A stretch of DNA of 64,000 nt from Chiloscyllium plagiosum (GCF_004010195.1 NC_057719.1:57967823-58031822), one strand, 5' to 3'; positions 1-12,810 are shown, counted from the first letter of the stretch. The notes: a model not told the origin generated them from the sequence alone. Numbers and translations are program-made.

Positions 1-548
1 ACAGACAGACAAAGACCCACATGCACACATATATTTTGTGGGGTGAATTTGTACTTGCAGAGTTACATTGTACTTTGCTCAAAAACTGCATGCATTCATG
101 TAGAACTCTGAGCTCAAAAACTGCATGAATTTATGTAAAACGTTGTAATCTCACTTTTTAGATTAGAATCAATCTAAACATCATGGCATAGACAGGGAAC
201 ACAGGGGGCCAACACCTTCAACATACTGTCTAGCTATCACCATTGTTAACAGCTAACCCGAGAATGCAAATTTAAAAAAAAGGTTTTGTGATTTACACAT
301 GAAAGAAGTGAAGCTATCACTGTATTCTAACAGATGAAAAGCTTAACAGACAATCAATTTTTCAATGTATAATTTCAGTTACATCACACTGTAAATTTTT
401 GCTATAAATTCTGTGTTACGATTGAGCCCTCCATATCACCTGATAAAAGAGCGTCGCTCCGAAAGCTAGTGTGCTTCCAATTAAACCTGTTGGACTATAA
501 TTTTTAACTTTGTACACCCCAGTCCAACACCAGCATCTCCAAATCATG
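1..548 (+). mobile_element. Penelope-like element 3' terminal (pLTR) fragment with hammerhead-like motif, family C
   Basis: CTGATAA-AAGAGC-GTC-GCTCC-GAAAGCTA at 440-468, followed by a tail (aattaaacctgttggactataa...ccagtccaacaccagcatctcc) shared with 19841-20023 and 21350-21428. Confidence 0.7.
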
Positions 549-550
549 AC

Positions 551-851
551 ACAGAAGAAAATAGCGATTGTGTGGTTTTGAAATTAAGCTGATGTAATGT
601 TAATGTGTCTTATTGGAACAGCATATTGTATCGAGTTGGAGGCAGATAATATGCAGAAGAAGGGGGCTTAGAGTTATGAATAGTTGTTTAATGTTCACTT
701 TGAGTTAAAAAAATAAATTGATATCATTTTATTTAAATAGTGGAATTTGAGAGTTGTCTGTCACTCATATTTTAACAGATTATATGAGGCGAGGCGAGCT
801 TTTCTGGGTGTTTGGTTTAATTATCAGAGAGGTTCACCTCAGTGTCGTAAC
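551..851 (+). mobile_element. Possible LTR 3' fragment
   Basis: AATAAA near 711 and an end in ...gtgtcgtaaca, resembling a Gypsy-type LTR terminus. No second copy seen in the window. Confidence 0.3.
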
Positions 852-1337
852 ATGAGTGCAAAATCCTTTGGTGCTCTGAATTAAGGATGGCAGCCATTAT
901 TTGGCGTGCAAATGGAATCCACTCCACTTACCTTTATGTCACCAATGCCAATGACCAATGGTACTCATCAGAGCTTTGCCTGCATGCACTCCCAGTACTA
1001 CCACATATGAAGTCAGCCATTCCCTCAACTGCATAGCTCATGCACTCAATTGTTAGAAGTACAATAGCACATGAGCTGAACAGATTGCTCCAATCATTAC
1101 TCAAGAATCAGCCCTGCTTCAGAGAACACTAACATCCTGAAGTGCAATGTGGCACAGGACAGGGTGACACTAAACACATAGACACACAAGATGGCCGGTG
1201 AGCCGTAAGTTGGCCGCTGGACCACAATATAGAGATAGACAGCAGAGCAAATACAGACACTGCCTGGGGCCACCAGAATGCCAGCACAATGCACTCACAG
1301 CCTCATTGATTAGTTTAAGGTGGGTGGGGGAGAGAAT

Positions 1338-1446
1338 GAGGTTCTAGATTAGAGTGGTGCTAGAAAAGCACAGCAGTTCAGGCAGCATCCGAGGAGCAGG
1401 AAAATCAACGTTTCTGGTTTCCAGCATCTGCAGTCCTTGTTTTTAC
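1338..1446. mobile_element. Short rearranged Penelope pLTR insert, family A, hammerhead core largely lost
   Basis: gtggtgctagaaaagcacagcagttcaggcagcatccgaggagcagg joined to an inverted tail. Flanked by tgggggagagaat (1325-1337) and tggggaagagaat (1447-1459). Confidence 0.65.
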
Positions 1447-1489
1447 TGGGGAAGAGAATACACATGAGTAGCATGTACCATCCACCGAA

Positions 1490-2017
1490 ATGTCTGAGTG
1501 CAGCCAACACCTTTGATAGAAATGCTAACAATTTGATACAGACTCAATACAGAGTGACAATAGCCAGAGCTGCAGTAACTGTCCTTCTCAGGAAGAGCGA
1601 TTAGCACCCATTATGATAGCAATGGACTTCCACGCAGACATTGAAACTGACAATGTCTACGTTGAAACTGACAATGTCTACGCTGAAACTGATAATGTCT
1701 ACGCTGAAACTGACAACGGCTGCCCTGAAATGAATTAAGGCTGCTCTGGAACTGACAGTTACTGTGCCAAAACTATCAACGATCCTATAATGCTTACAAC
1801 AAACAAACTATGTTAAAGAGACAATTACCTCATCACTGACCTATTATATCCCAAAATGTATAAAAGTATCTTGACATGTGTTCTGGGTTGAGAGAAGACT
1901 CACAGCTGACCACTGGCAGTTGGTGTCTTTCTCTCCCCAGAGCTCTGGTATTTTCTTGTACAATAAACTCTGTTGTTGAACCCCAACTCTGACTTCGAGG
2001 CTGATGACTTTCCACAA
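1490..2017 (+). mobile_element. Candidate solo LTR
   Basis: TATAAAA near 1859, AATAAA near 1963, ends ...ccacaaca. The 5' end is uncertain and no TSD was found. Confidence 0.35.
1642..1716 (+). repeat. 21-bp tandem repeat, about 3.5 copies
   Basis: Unit tgaaactgacaatgtctacg(t/c) repeated directly. Confidence 0.9.
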
Positions 2018-3511
2018 CAATCCCTTGCTATTTGTCAGAGTGAAGCTGCCTCTTTTGTGACTGTGGAAGACCTGCATCTGCAACTAGATAAATTTGGCTA
2101 GGTCTGGTCCCTTCTGAGTGGGACTTCTTACAGCTGGGTCCTTCTCTATCATTTTCTTCACATATTAGTGCCATGCTCTTCACCCACTGCCACATTTCCT
2201 AAGTGAGGACCCACTAACATGACTCAATTTGTGCTGGCGGATGATGCACTTGTTGGATATGCTGGTGCTGCTGGTCCTAGTTTTAGATTCTTGAACTGGT
2301 GCTGTTGAAGCAACTGAATTCAGACTCATCCCCCATGATTTATCCTGTCAAAGACAGTAGGTGGTGGTTATGAGAATAAACCTATGACAGCAGAAGGCAG
2401 CATAGCCGACACTTCCTAATATAATTGAGCCTTTGACGTGCTGTCAGATAGAAAAGAGTGCATTCAACTCGTTTCATCCACAATACAATATCTTTTTCAC
2501 AGTCCTCCATGAATGTTTATCTCTCATTCCCCACTTGGCTATAAGGAATTCCCTGATGATTCATATTGCTACACCTTGAATCACATTTTGAACAGCAAGT
2601 TGAGGCACTAATCTTCCAGTCCAAGGCATTTCTCTTGCATCCACAGAAAGGTCAATAAGACAGAAATGATCTGAGCAAAACTGTCAAAAGCAGGACAGGC
2701 AATGTAAAAGCAGCACACGGTTGAGTGGTGGTAATATTTCTACCTGCTGACCCTTGAATTATTTGCCTGGTGAAGTGAAGGTTATTGATCATTGAGAGTA
2801 GAAGGCTACAGTGCAGGGAAATGGCAGACTACCACTCCTCCATCCATCATTCACTGAGTGCCATTCTTGGCTCCAAATCAATTTCTTATGACCAAGGTTG
2901 GAGAGTGCACTGTCACTCTTTAGCACCACTCGAGCACTGCTCACAACATGAATTTAAATGCTTACTCAGTTACCACTGTAACCGAAGATATACTTAAAGT
3001 ATATTCCATTTAGAATCAGAAGTTCCACAACGCAAGTTTCATTAAGAAAAAGCATTATTGATTTATCGTGAAAACAGTGCTTATTTGGCAAAGATTTGAA
3101 ACAGGAAAGAATGAATACAAAACATTCTCAATAACACACACCAATTAAAGACAAAAAATACAAACATTCTCTGCAGTTTTTTTTCAAAACAACTACTTTG
3201 ACTACTAACTGTTAATTTTTAAATAAAAATAGGATAACGTATGAAAATTTAAGATTGTTTTCAGTTAGCATCCTGGCACCTATCGATGAGTGTCACGAAA
3301 CACAACTAGTTGTCACTGGGACCATTGCTGATGTAATTCATAGTGAAATCATCAAGGATTCAAAGACTTTCAGAAGAACAGCTGCATCTGTTTTTTTAGG
3401 TCCCCCAGCTAGGTAGCTTATCTCTTATATCAGATTGCTCACCAACTGAATTCCAAACAATATCCAACATAAAGCCATAAACCCAGGCTTAGATACTTGT
3501 ACTACACAAAC

Positions 3512-3639
3512 TTCTTGATGAAGGGCCTATGCCTGAAACATTGATTCTTCTGCTCCTCGGATGTTGCTTGACTTGCTGTGCTTTACCTGCATTATACTCT
3601 CAACTCTGATCTCCAGCATCTGCAGTCCTCATTTTCTCC
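3512..3639 (+). mobile_element. Short Penelope pLTR insert with degenerate hammerhead, family A
   Basis: TTGATGA-AGGGC-CTAT-GCCT-GAAACATT plus the family tail. TSD ctacacaaac at 3502-3511 and 3639-3648. Confidence 0.75.
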
Positions 3640-3740
3640 TACACAAACCTTAGAGGCAAGTACAGATTTGGAACTGTGTATGGAGAGTTGTCGGGCACCA
3701 AATGGACAGGGTATACTGAAACATTTGCAGAATTGGCAAT

Positions 3741-3868
3741 TTCCTGATGAAGGGCTTTTGCCCGAAATGTCGATTTCGAAGCTCCTTGGATGCTGCCTGA
3801 ACTGCTCTGCTCTTCCAGCACCACTAATCCAGAATCTGTTTCCAGCATCTGCAGTCATTGTTTTTACC
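3741..3868 (+). mobile_element. Short Penelope pLTR insert, family A
   Basis: Starts at the hammerhead core and ends ...ctgcagtcattgtttttacc. Same subtype as 36780-36916, in the opposite orientation. Confidence 0.75.
3744..3771 (+). ncRNA. Minimal type I hammerhead ribozyme motif
   Basis: CUGAUGA-A-GGGC(UUUU)GCCC-GAAA-U-GUC; catalytic core intact. Confidence 0.65.
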
Positions 3869-4169
3869 TACCCAATAGCCTCCAGTCATTATCAAAGAGT
3901 TTGGAGGAGCCTGGCTCCAAGTGGCAGAGGGTATCATAAGGAGCTTTCAGCCCATTCTTTCTATCGTGAAGTTATAGACAAAACTGAAACTAGCTCTGGT
4001 GTAAGGCCACAAACATTATCCCAGCTCCTCTCAAACATGATGCTGAATTTTTCTGGCATTCTCTGTTTCAGTTATGCAGAAACACCTCACCAACAACTTA
4101 TTGGCATTTTAATACATTTTAATTTCAGAGATCAATTTGCAGCAGAACTCCTCTAATATTTGGTGACCA

Positions 4170-5412
4170 ATCTTTGAATTTGTTAACAGAATCAATCTTA
4201 TCCAAATTACACAGTGGACAATGGGGACCCAGTAGATGTGATGTTTCTAGATTTCCAAAAACATCCGACAAGGTGATGCACAGAAGGCTGCTGCATAAGA
4301 TAAAGATGCAAGGTGTTATGGTAATGTATTAGCATGGATAGAGGATTAGTTAATTAACAGGAAGCAATGAGTAGGGATAAATTAGTACTTTTCTGGTTGG
4401 CGATCAGTGACTAGTGATCCCCCAGGTATCAGTGTTGAGATCACAATTATTCACAATTTACATAGATGATGTGAAGTTGGGAACCACATGTTGTGTGTCA
4501 AATTTGCAGATGACACTAAGATAAGTGGTGGAGCAAAGTGTGCAAAGGACTGTGAAACTTAGCAGAGGAACATAGATAGTTTGAGTGAGTGGGCAAAGGT
4601 CTGGCAGATGGAGTACAATTCTAATAAATGTGAAGTCATCCATTTTGGTAAGAATAACAGTAAAAAGGATTATTACTTGACTGGTAAAAAATTGCAGCAT
4701 ACTGCTGTCCAGGGGACCTGGGTGTCCTTGTGCATGAATCACAGAAGGTTGGTCTGCAGGTGCAACAGGTAATTAAGAAGGCAAATGGAATTTTGTCCTT
4801 CGTTGCTAAAAGGATTGTGTTTAAAAGCAGGGAGGTTCTGCTGCAGCTGTGTAAGGTGCTGGTGAGGCCACACCTGGAGTACTGCATGCAGTTTTGGTCT
4901 CCTTACTTGAGAAAGGATACATTGGCACTAGATGCAGTGCAGAGGAGGTTCACTAGATTGATTCTGGAGTTGAAGGGGTTGGCTTATGAGGAGAGACTGA
5001 GTAGACTGGGATTATATTCATTGGAATTTAGAAGAATGAGGGGTGGATCTTATAGAAATATATAAAATTATGAAGAGAATAGATAAAATAGAAGTAGAGA
5101 GGATGTTTCCACTAGCAGGTGAAACTATGTCAAAAGGACATAGCTTCAAAATTAGGATTTAGGATTGAATTGAGAAGGAACTTCTTCATCCAGAGAGTTG
5201 TGAATCTGTGGAATTCCATGCTCAGTGAAGTAATTGAGGCTACCTCATTGAACTTTTTAACTGAAGATAGGTAATCTTTTGAACAGTAAAGGAATTATGG
5301 ACAGACCCCAGGTGAAGTGGAGCTGAGGCCATGGAAAGATCAGCCATAAATTTATCGAATGCCAGAGCAAAGGGTCATATGGTCTACTCCTGCTCCTAGT
5401 TCATATGTTCAT
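4170..5412 (+). mobile_element. CR1 LINE, 5'-truncated (RT C-terminal part and 3' UTR), degenerate
   Basis: ORFs 4581-4772 and 4730-5065 carry CR1 motifs WQMEYNxNKCEVIHFG and LVRPHLEYCMQFWSP. Confidence 0.92.
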
Positions 5413-6393
5413 ATGTCCAAATTAGGAATATTGGTAATCCAACAGCCAGTTAGAATAAGACTTCAGAACCTCTGGTTCATATCAGGAATGCCCTTGCCCA
5501 ACTCCAAGAATATGACTCAAATCATGCAGATACTAGCCAGTGACACAAAGCAGACCCAGACAGCAGCAGTAGGCATCCATAACCTACTTCAAGCCATCCT
5601 ATAAAACCTAACTTTACAACTTACATGTTTGCTTTGATATTCAGCTGACTTTGCATACAATTGAATTCTTTGCATTTATGGTTTTCAATATCTCTCCAAG
5701 ATCTCAGTTCTGTGTAGTTTTGAAAACATTCCAAGTCAGTTATTGCATTTAAATTCAAACAATTTTATCTGGTATTTTGTTTAAAGGGAAAAGAACTCTA
5801 TTTTCTGAAAGGAAACACTTTTTCTCAAAAGGAAATCAAGTCATAGGAATAGCTATAAAACAAAATCAAACAACTCCATTACATTGACATTTGAAATGTT
5901 TATGAACCATTGATCTTCTGTTCATGTAAGAGCCAACAATTACCACAACATACACTGTTGCAATAGAAAAGATTTCCAGGTATAAGACATCTTAAAATGA
6001 ATGCATTTGTATTTCTCCCAACAACACATTAAGGCAGGCAATTATGAAGATTTCACTCATCATTCTAACAGGTTATACACAGCAAAATAATCATCATGAC
6101 CTTGAATGGAATGTGATAATTCTAAATTATTAATGTGCCCCATGCAGATTAGAAAATTAAATATCAATCTGTGTAATCGCTCCAACAATTGATATTGATT
6201 TTCAACCATATATGTTGAGGCACCAATAATCATTTTACAGTATCATGCTACAGATCTTCTAAATGGAAACAAGCATTTCAAAGGCATTAAATACAACACT
6301 GCACAAGCTAAATGACACATCCCTTCTATCAATGAGCACTGAAGAGGGCATTTTCTAAATGTAATTGAAGAAACTGCAAAGGTCAACATTAGG

Positions 6394-6453
6394 TTACACA
6401 GTGTTAGTGCCATCACAGCTGTAGCCGATTCCATCCATATTGAACCAATCTTC
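6394..6453 (-). CDS. Candidate terminal coding exon of an unidentified gene (EDWFNMDGIGYSCDGTNTV*)
   Basis: Acceptor ttttcattgcag, open frame to TAA, in unique-looking sequence. Protein not recognised. Confidence 0.3.
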   Translation of the reverse strand, partial: EDWFNMDGIGYSCDGTNTV

Positions 6454-7469
6454 CTGCAATGAAAACGTGTAAGTAATATTTTTTCCCTGCATACTTAAAA
6501 ACAGCTTGATAAAAACCTTTCCCTAAAAAAGCTGATCAGCCATGTGTCCCTAAGCTGTTGTAATTCTTGTTACTTGGTTGATCTGCATTTGTGGATATCT
6601 TTCTTTCAGTAGACATGTTTAAGATTCTCTAATAAATAGAGCTAACAGCTTACGGCTGCTTCAATTGTCATCCCTTTATCTTTCTGTCACTTGTTTGCCC
6701 TTAAGGGCCTTAATGTCTTTAAAATAGGCCTCCTGGCTAGAATTTAACTGCCTTGTCCAAAGGGGTCTGAAGGGTACAGCAGATCAAAGGTGTGCTTTCG
6801 ACATAAAAAAACAGCTGTCCTTCATTTACATTTAATTAAGTACATCTGACCATTGAAGTTTTTGGGCCTTTTTCGTTCTTTCATCCATTTAATATCACAA
6901 ACTTATCTTAGAATATAATTTATTAAAATACTATTTTAGTTTGGTATTATAGTTAGTTCTAAAAAGCATAATTTGAGAAAATAATATTTTCAATAATGGA
7001 AGATCACCCAGTACAAATGCATGTTTTCCCACCTGGAAGCAATGACGACTATATCTTGGTTTCGTTTCAAGCATGTTGTTTGAGACACAATTTCTCATTT
7101 ACAATTAAGAAAAATTAATATTCAATGAACTGACAAAACTGCAGAAGCTAAGTCAATTAATAATTTTAAACCTGAGATTGATATACTTTTGGTGGTCAAA
7201 GGTTCAAACAAAAATGGAACTAAGGTAGATTAACCATGTTTCACAGAATTCAGAAGAAGCTTGAGGACTGAATAGTCTCAGTTGGAGACAAACACCCACA
7301 ACTTCTCATTAATACAGCAGTACCATGTTTAGGCATAGCACTTATTTATTTCCTGTCTATTTCAAACAATCTGTATTAAAATATAATTATCATGTACTAT
7401 AACTATGGTGCAGGATTCAATTTATTACCTAGAAATAAAACTGTTGCAGATTGGCCAACCCTTCTTTAT

Positions 7470-7610
7470 CTTTTTATTTTTCTAATCTGTACCTAAGATT
7501 TTGTACCTAGGCATCTTTGCACCCAAGATGGCACCAGAAATGGCAATTTTGTGCACTTTTCGATGTACTCACGTATCTCTGGAGTACATGTGACAATAAA
7601 CCTAATTCTA
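7470..7610 (+). mobile_element. LINE-like 3' end fragment
   Basis: ttgtacctaag...aagatggc...gagtacatgtgacaataaa. Related pieces at about 29970-30065 (+) and 53335-53430 (-). Confidence 0.45.
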
Positions 7611-9342
7611 AACGCATGGAGACAATGAGCTAGAAGTACACCTACGTGCACAAACTACAAAAGTGAGTGGATGAATCATGTGATCAATGGTTAGTCAATA
7701 TTACTGCCATTGAAACTGTTTACCATATTATGAAAACCTACTTAAGAAGACATGACGAAGTGTCACAACTAATAAAAGTAAGAACAACAGTCATCCTTTC
7801 CGGTTAGAATTTATTTTGGTATTCTGAAATTTTACAATTAAATATTCAGAAATCTTATTATTTTTTAACTGCCAAGTTTTTAAAATCATTAGCTGAAATT
7901 AAGGAAAGTAGGACAATATTTTTTAAACTTACAAATGACAACATTTCTGAAGATTGTTTACATTCTAGCTCATTTCAAAATGCAAAACTTGTCTGAAACA
8001 AAATTTGAATCTATTATGTCAGATACATTGATTACAAATTTTATAAAGGGTACCAATGTGATTTGGAACATTTTGTTCATGAATTGTGATGAAATCATTT
8101 TGAAATTAGAAGTCATGTATTCAAGATGCTACTTGTCAGCCATTTAGTTCATTATCACTTCATGCAGCTCAAATTACTTTACAAGCCTCTATGTGTCAAC
8201 TGTCATATTATATTGTCTTAAACAAAAATAAAATAAACCAACATTCCTACTTTTTAATACACGGATTATGCTTTGAAAATGTTGTGTCAACTATGTGTTG
8301 TGTTTAGATACATGCCTCAAAAGATTACTTGAGACAACTGAAAATAAATTATTTAACTTAAAGTAATCAAAATAATCTCACAACAAAATATTAAATGCTG
8401 TAAAGTCAAAATTCTTAGAAATTTCTTTCGATTTAATTTCAAATTTCCTGGCAGCACTCCTTACTTAACTTAATGGTATTTTATCCATGAACAAAATTAT
8501 TGACCAAAATTCTAAACTTTCATCTAACCACATAAATCCTATCAAATTGTTTAAGTACATGGTATGTTGAAAACACATACATATTCACATATCATTACAT
8601 ATTATTATGTAATCAAGTAATTTAAAAAAATAGGTCATTGATTTAGCTTTGCCTAGCTCCAGGAGAAAGGAAAAGAATTTGTGTGAAGTAGTGTACAAGC
8701 AGATATCTTTTAATCTTTGTGACCCAGATTTTAATCCAGCATAATGGAATAGGGTAGACCCATCCTTCTTTTGCTGACAATAAGCATATAATTTGACAGC
8801 AAAAAGGAATAGTAATTGAAAATCCCTTTCTAAGATATATTGATGCGTTATTTTCAATTAAAGTTGTCACATTGCTGAAATAGTGTGGCCAGAACTTTAA
8901 TTGTGTTGCTGGTATCGAATGCTTAATGCTGCCATGAGGGTTCATTTTATGAATTAAAGTTTTCAGCATGTAGTTTCACTTTTCACAGTATAAATTGAGA
9001 ACGTGTGCAAAATGTATTTGACAATTTTCCGTCCAACTCATTGTTGGCACATAACCAAAAGTCCCAGAATGCACTCTTGATTGGTGAGAGTGCAAATGTG
9101 ACATTCCTCAACATAATATGTACTTAAACAACTGGATTGGATTTATGTGGTTAGATGAATATTTAGAATTATGGTCAATAATTTTGTTAATGGATAAAAT
9201 ATCATTAAGTTAAAATAAGGCGTGCTGCAAAACCAGGAAATCTGAAATTAAATAGAAAAAATTCTAAGAATTTTGATTTTACAGCATTTAATTAAAAGAA
9301 CAATGCTTCAATTGCATAAAACAAGGCTTGTATTTTCAATGT

Positions 9343-9562
9343 CAAAAACAAAAACGGAAATTGCTGGAAAAGCTCAGCAGGTCTGGCAGCATCTGTGAAG
9401 AAAAATTACAGTTGATGTTTTGAGTCCAGGAAGGGTCACAAGACCTGAAACATTAACTCTGCTTTCTCTTCACAGATGCTGTCAGACCCACTGAGCTTTT
9501 CCAGCAAATTATGATTTTGTTTCTGATTTACAGCATTTACAGTTCTTTCAGTTTTTATTTTA
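9343..9562. mobile_element. Fold-back Penelope pLTR-derived insert, family B
   Basis: Inverted arms around a partial hammerhead (AGGGTC-ACAA-GACCT-GAAACATT). TSD-like tattttcaatgt (9331-9342) and tatttccaatgt (9563-9574). Confidence 0.7.
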
Positions 9563-10240
9563 TATTTCCAATGTGATGGTTCTGGCTGCATGTTCCACCA
9601 CCTGCAGCATGATATTTCACACACTTGGCAAAGATGAAGATGTATTGATCTTATTAACTTGCTTGTAAATGTATAGCAGCAGGTATCAGTACTGTATCTT
9701 AGAAGGCTGAGCTCAGGACTTACTAATTTGAAGCTAGTCTAAAAATAATTCTAAAAGTTGATCTTAGTGGAATGAGAGAAATCTGTGAAACAAAAGATTT
9801 CTGAACATCCCACACAAACCTTAATCATACATAACAGATATGTGGAAACCACTACTTGAGAGTTCCATTCCAAGATATACACCATCCTGATTTGGAACTA
9901 TATCATCGCTCATTCCCTGTTGTTTAGTTAAGACTCTGGAACTTTTTCCCCAATAACACAAGGGGTTGAATTTCCCTTTTTTTTCCTGAACCGTTTTTTC
10001 TTTAAGTGAGATACCTGGTACCCCAGTAGTCATGGTCCATTTCAACTTCTCTGATACAATCGTCCTCTCTTCATCTCATTAATTATGTAACTGACCTCTC
10101 TGACACACTTCTCACTGTATTGTTTGAAGAGGTGAAAACATTTGCCGGTGCCTGGACTGTGAGATTTTGATGCCACTGACACTATAGCTCCATAGCACTT
10201 CAGGCACTGCAAGAGAAGAATGGTCCCTTGCATTTTTAAT

Positions 10241-10600
10241 GGGGCCGCATAGTGGCTTATTGGTTAGCACTGCTGCCTCACAGCACCAGGAATCCAGGTT
10301 CGATTCCAGCCTTGGGCGACTGTCTCTATGGAGTTTGCACATTCTGTCCATGTCTCTATGGGTTCCCTCTGGGTGCTTCACATTCCTCCCACAGTCCAAA
10401 GATGTGTAGGTTAGGTGAATTGGCCATGCTAAATTGTCCATTGTGTTCAGAGATGTGTATGTTAGGTGCATTAGTCAGGGGAAATGTAAAGTAATAGGGT
10501 AGGGGAATCGGCATGAGTGGAATATTCTTTGGAGGGTCGGTGTGAACTTGTTGAGCTAAATGGCCTGTTTCTACACTGTAGGGATTCTATGATTCTGTGA
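10241..10600 (+). mobile_element. tRNA-derived HE1-type (V-)SINE
   Basis: A-box-like tggcttattggttagc, B-box ggttcgattcc, V-domain-like gagtttgcacattct...cccacagtccaaagatg, CR1-like tail. Confidence 0.88.
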
Positions 10601-10631
10601 TCATTGTGATCAGGAGTATATCTCCAAGTAA

Positions 10632-10860
10632 ATGATCAAAAAAGGCAAGTTAGTTCCTTGATTAGCCTACAAACACATAGAATTGTTGGTGGACAGCATG
10701 ATGAAAAGAATGGCAATGCTTTTTCCTGCTGACTGGCAAAGGAGGCCACAATCCACAAATCCAGTTAACTTGGAGCAAGATGGATGTCTAAGTCAGAGCA
10801 GTGTGCTGGGTGAGTTGCAACGCTCAGCAGTGCAAGAAGAAGGTTAAAGATCATCTATGC
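10632..10860 (+). pseudogene. Decayed Myb/SANT-like (Harbinger accessory protein type) coding fragment
   Basis: Manual translation: MIKKGKLVP*LAYKHIELLVDSMMKRMAMLFP, frameshift, WSKMDV*VRAVCWVSCNAQQCKKKVKDH. Confidence 0.55.
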
Positions 10861-11955
10861 TCCATAAGTGCAAGTCCGCCATTTTCGCTCTGCTACCTTT
10901 TAGCATTATGACAGTCTAACTCTGCCACAGCAAACACCACTCACCAAGGCTCATGGATAATATTTCTCGTTATTCCATGCATCATGCCTACTCAGTGGCT
11001 CTCACCCACTTCAACCTCCCAAATTATGAACCCTTTCTCCTCTCTGCACTTCCTACTCATTCACCGAGGACACATTATCACTTTCTCAGCTCATACATCA
11101 CACTATTCTCCTCTTCCATCCATTTTCAACATACTTAATGCCTCTCTTTCTCTTACTATGGGTCACCTCCAGAGCATCCTGACTGGCACACCTGTATTCC
11201 CCCAACGGTGGTATCTGACCTGGAGAACTGACTACAGCTAAGCTCTGCTCTGGAATCAGACAAGCCTTATGACTGACTTATGGTGGTATCCTCTGACTGA
11301 CTGTAGTCTCACTGGACCCCACTAAGATCTGCTTTTTTTACAGGTTGTCTGTTTGAAGCACATGCAGTATTTTGCTGTATAAGCTGCTGGTAGTTACTGT
11401 AAGTATGATGCTGGTGAAGTATAGTACTGTACAACAATATGGCCACCCTCTTGACTATTCGGTGTTCCAGACAGTGACAAGTGGCTGCAAATGCTCATGC
11501 CCTAAAAAGCAATGCAAGCCACAGAGGTTGACAATCTTCAAGTAAACACTAATTGTATGTACAATAAGAAATAAAGCTAAGAGGCATGAGATGAATCCTG
11601 TGTAGATGCATATGTCCCTATGTGCAAAGGGACCTGGCAGAAGCACGCAAATCATAGGTTGTTCAACATTTTGCCTGTCTAACATCTAGAAAGCCAATGA
11701 GTCATGGACAGAACTGGAGTCAATTTTTCCTCATTTTACTTTACGGAGATACACGATGCAGTTATGTACCTCCAAACTCAACAACCACAGTTTCAGTCTG
11801 TTCCTATTTATTGGAGCACGGAATCTCCAGCTATTGCCAAACAGCTGTACACAATTAGGAGAAAGTGAGGACTGAAGATGCTGGAAATCAGAATCAAAGA
11901 GTGTGGTGCTGGAAAAGCACAGCCGGTCAGGCAGCATCCGAAGAGCAGGACAATT

Positions 11956-11983
11956 GACATTTCGGGCATAAGCCCTTCATCAG
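11956..11983 (-). ncRNA. Minimal hammerhead ribozyme motif
   Basis: Reverse complement reads CUGAUGA-A-GGGC(UUAU)GCCC-GAAA-U-GUC. Confidence 0.65.
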
Positions 11984-12583
11984 GGATGAGGCTTTTGGGC
12001 CGGGAGGTCAGAGATAAATGAGATGCGGGGTGGGCTTGGGGCAAGGTAGCTGGGAATGCGATAGGTAGATGAAGGTGGGGGTGAAGGTGATAGGTCGGAA
12101 GGAGGGTGGAGCAGATAGGTGGGAAGGAAGATGGATAGGCTGAACCATTCAAGAGGGCGGTCCCAGTTTTAAGTTTGGGACTGAGATAAGGTGGAGGGAG
12201 GGGAAATGGGGAAACTGTGAAATTCACATTGATCCCATGTGGTTGGAGGGTCCCAAGGTGGAAGATGAGGCGTTCTTCCTCCAGGCGTCGTGTGGTTAGG
12301 GTTTGACGATGGAGGAGGCCCAGGTCCTGCATGGCCTTGGCAGAGTGGGAGGGCATCCTTCCACATCTGACAGAAATTCACCTATACTTCCACACACATC
12401 ATCTACTATATCGATTGCACCCGATATGGTCACTTCTACATTGGGGAGACAGTACGCCAATTTGCAGATTATTTCAGAGAATATCTATGGGATACCTGCA
12501 GTAACCAACCCCACTGTCCTGTGGCTGAACACTTTAACCCCTCCCATTTATCTCTCAGGTCCCTTGGTCCACAAGCCTCATTC

Positions 12584-12611
12584 CTGATGAAGGGCTTATG
12601 CCTGAAACGCC
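12584..12611 (+). ncRNA. Hammerhead motif with mutated cleavage triplet (GCC)
   Basis: CUGAUGA-A-GGGC(UUAU)GCCU-GAAAC-GCC. Confidence 0.45.
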
Positions 12612-12810
12612 GATTTTCCTGCTCCTCGGATGCTGCCTGACTGGCTGTGCTTTGCCAGCACCACACTGTTCGACCTGTACACAATTAAACACGGTGAATA
12701 TACACTTAACATTGGCTAAGCAGAAACCTCCTCCAAGAAAGTAATGAAAAGATTGGAACCATTGGCTTCAGCTCTACAACTTTGTCTGTTTCCTAACTAG
12801 GTTTCAATTA

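Larger units (their letters stand above)
11858..12674. mobile_element. Penelope-like element with internal inversion, GIY-YIG fragments and a hammerhead in each terminal arm
   Basis: Minus-strand RRLEEERLIFHLGTLQPHGIN and plus-strand IYYIDCTRYGHFYIGET. Perfect 13-bp TSD ctgtacacaatta at 11845-11857 and 12675-12687. Confidence 0.85.

Noticed and set aside
1642..1716. CRISPR-like repeat
   Set aside because: Direct tandem units with no spacers, in a eukaryotic context.
3578..4156. 192-aa ORF
   Set aside because: It runs through two Penelope pLTR inserts; DEGLLPEMSI is simply the translated hammerhead sequence.
10241..10320. tRNA gene-like sequence (also at 43500-43580, 52029, 60747, 36429, 46651)
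   Set aside because: These are SINE heads continuing into SINE bodies, not complete tRNA genes.
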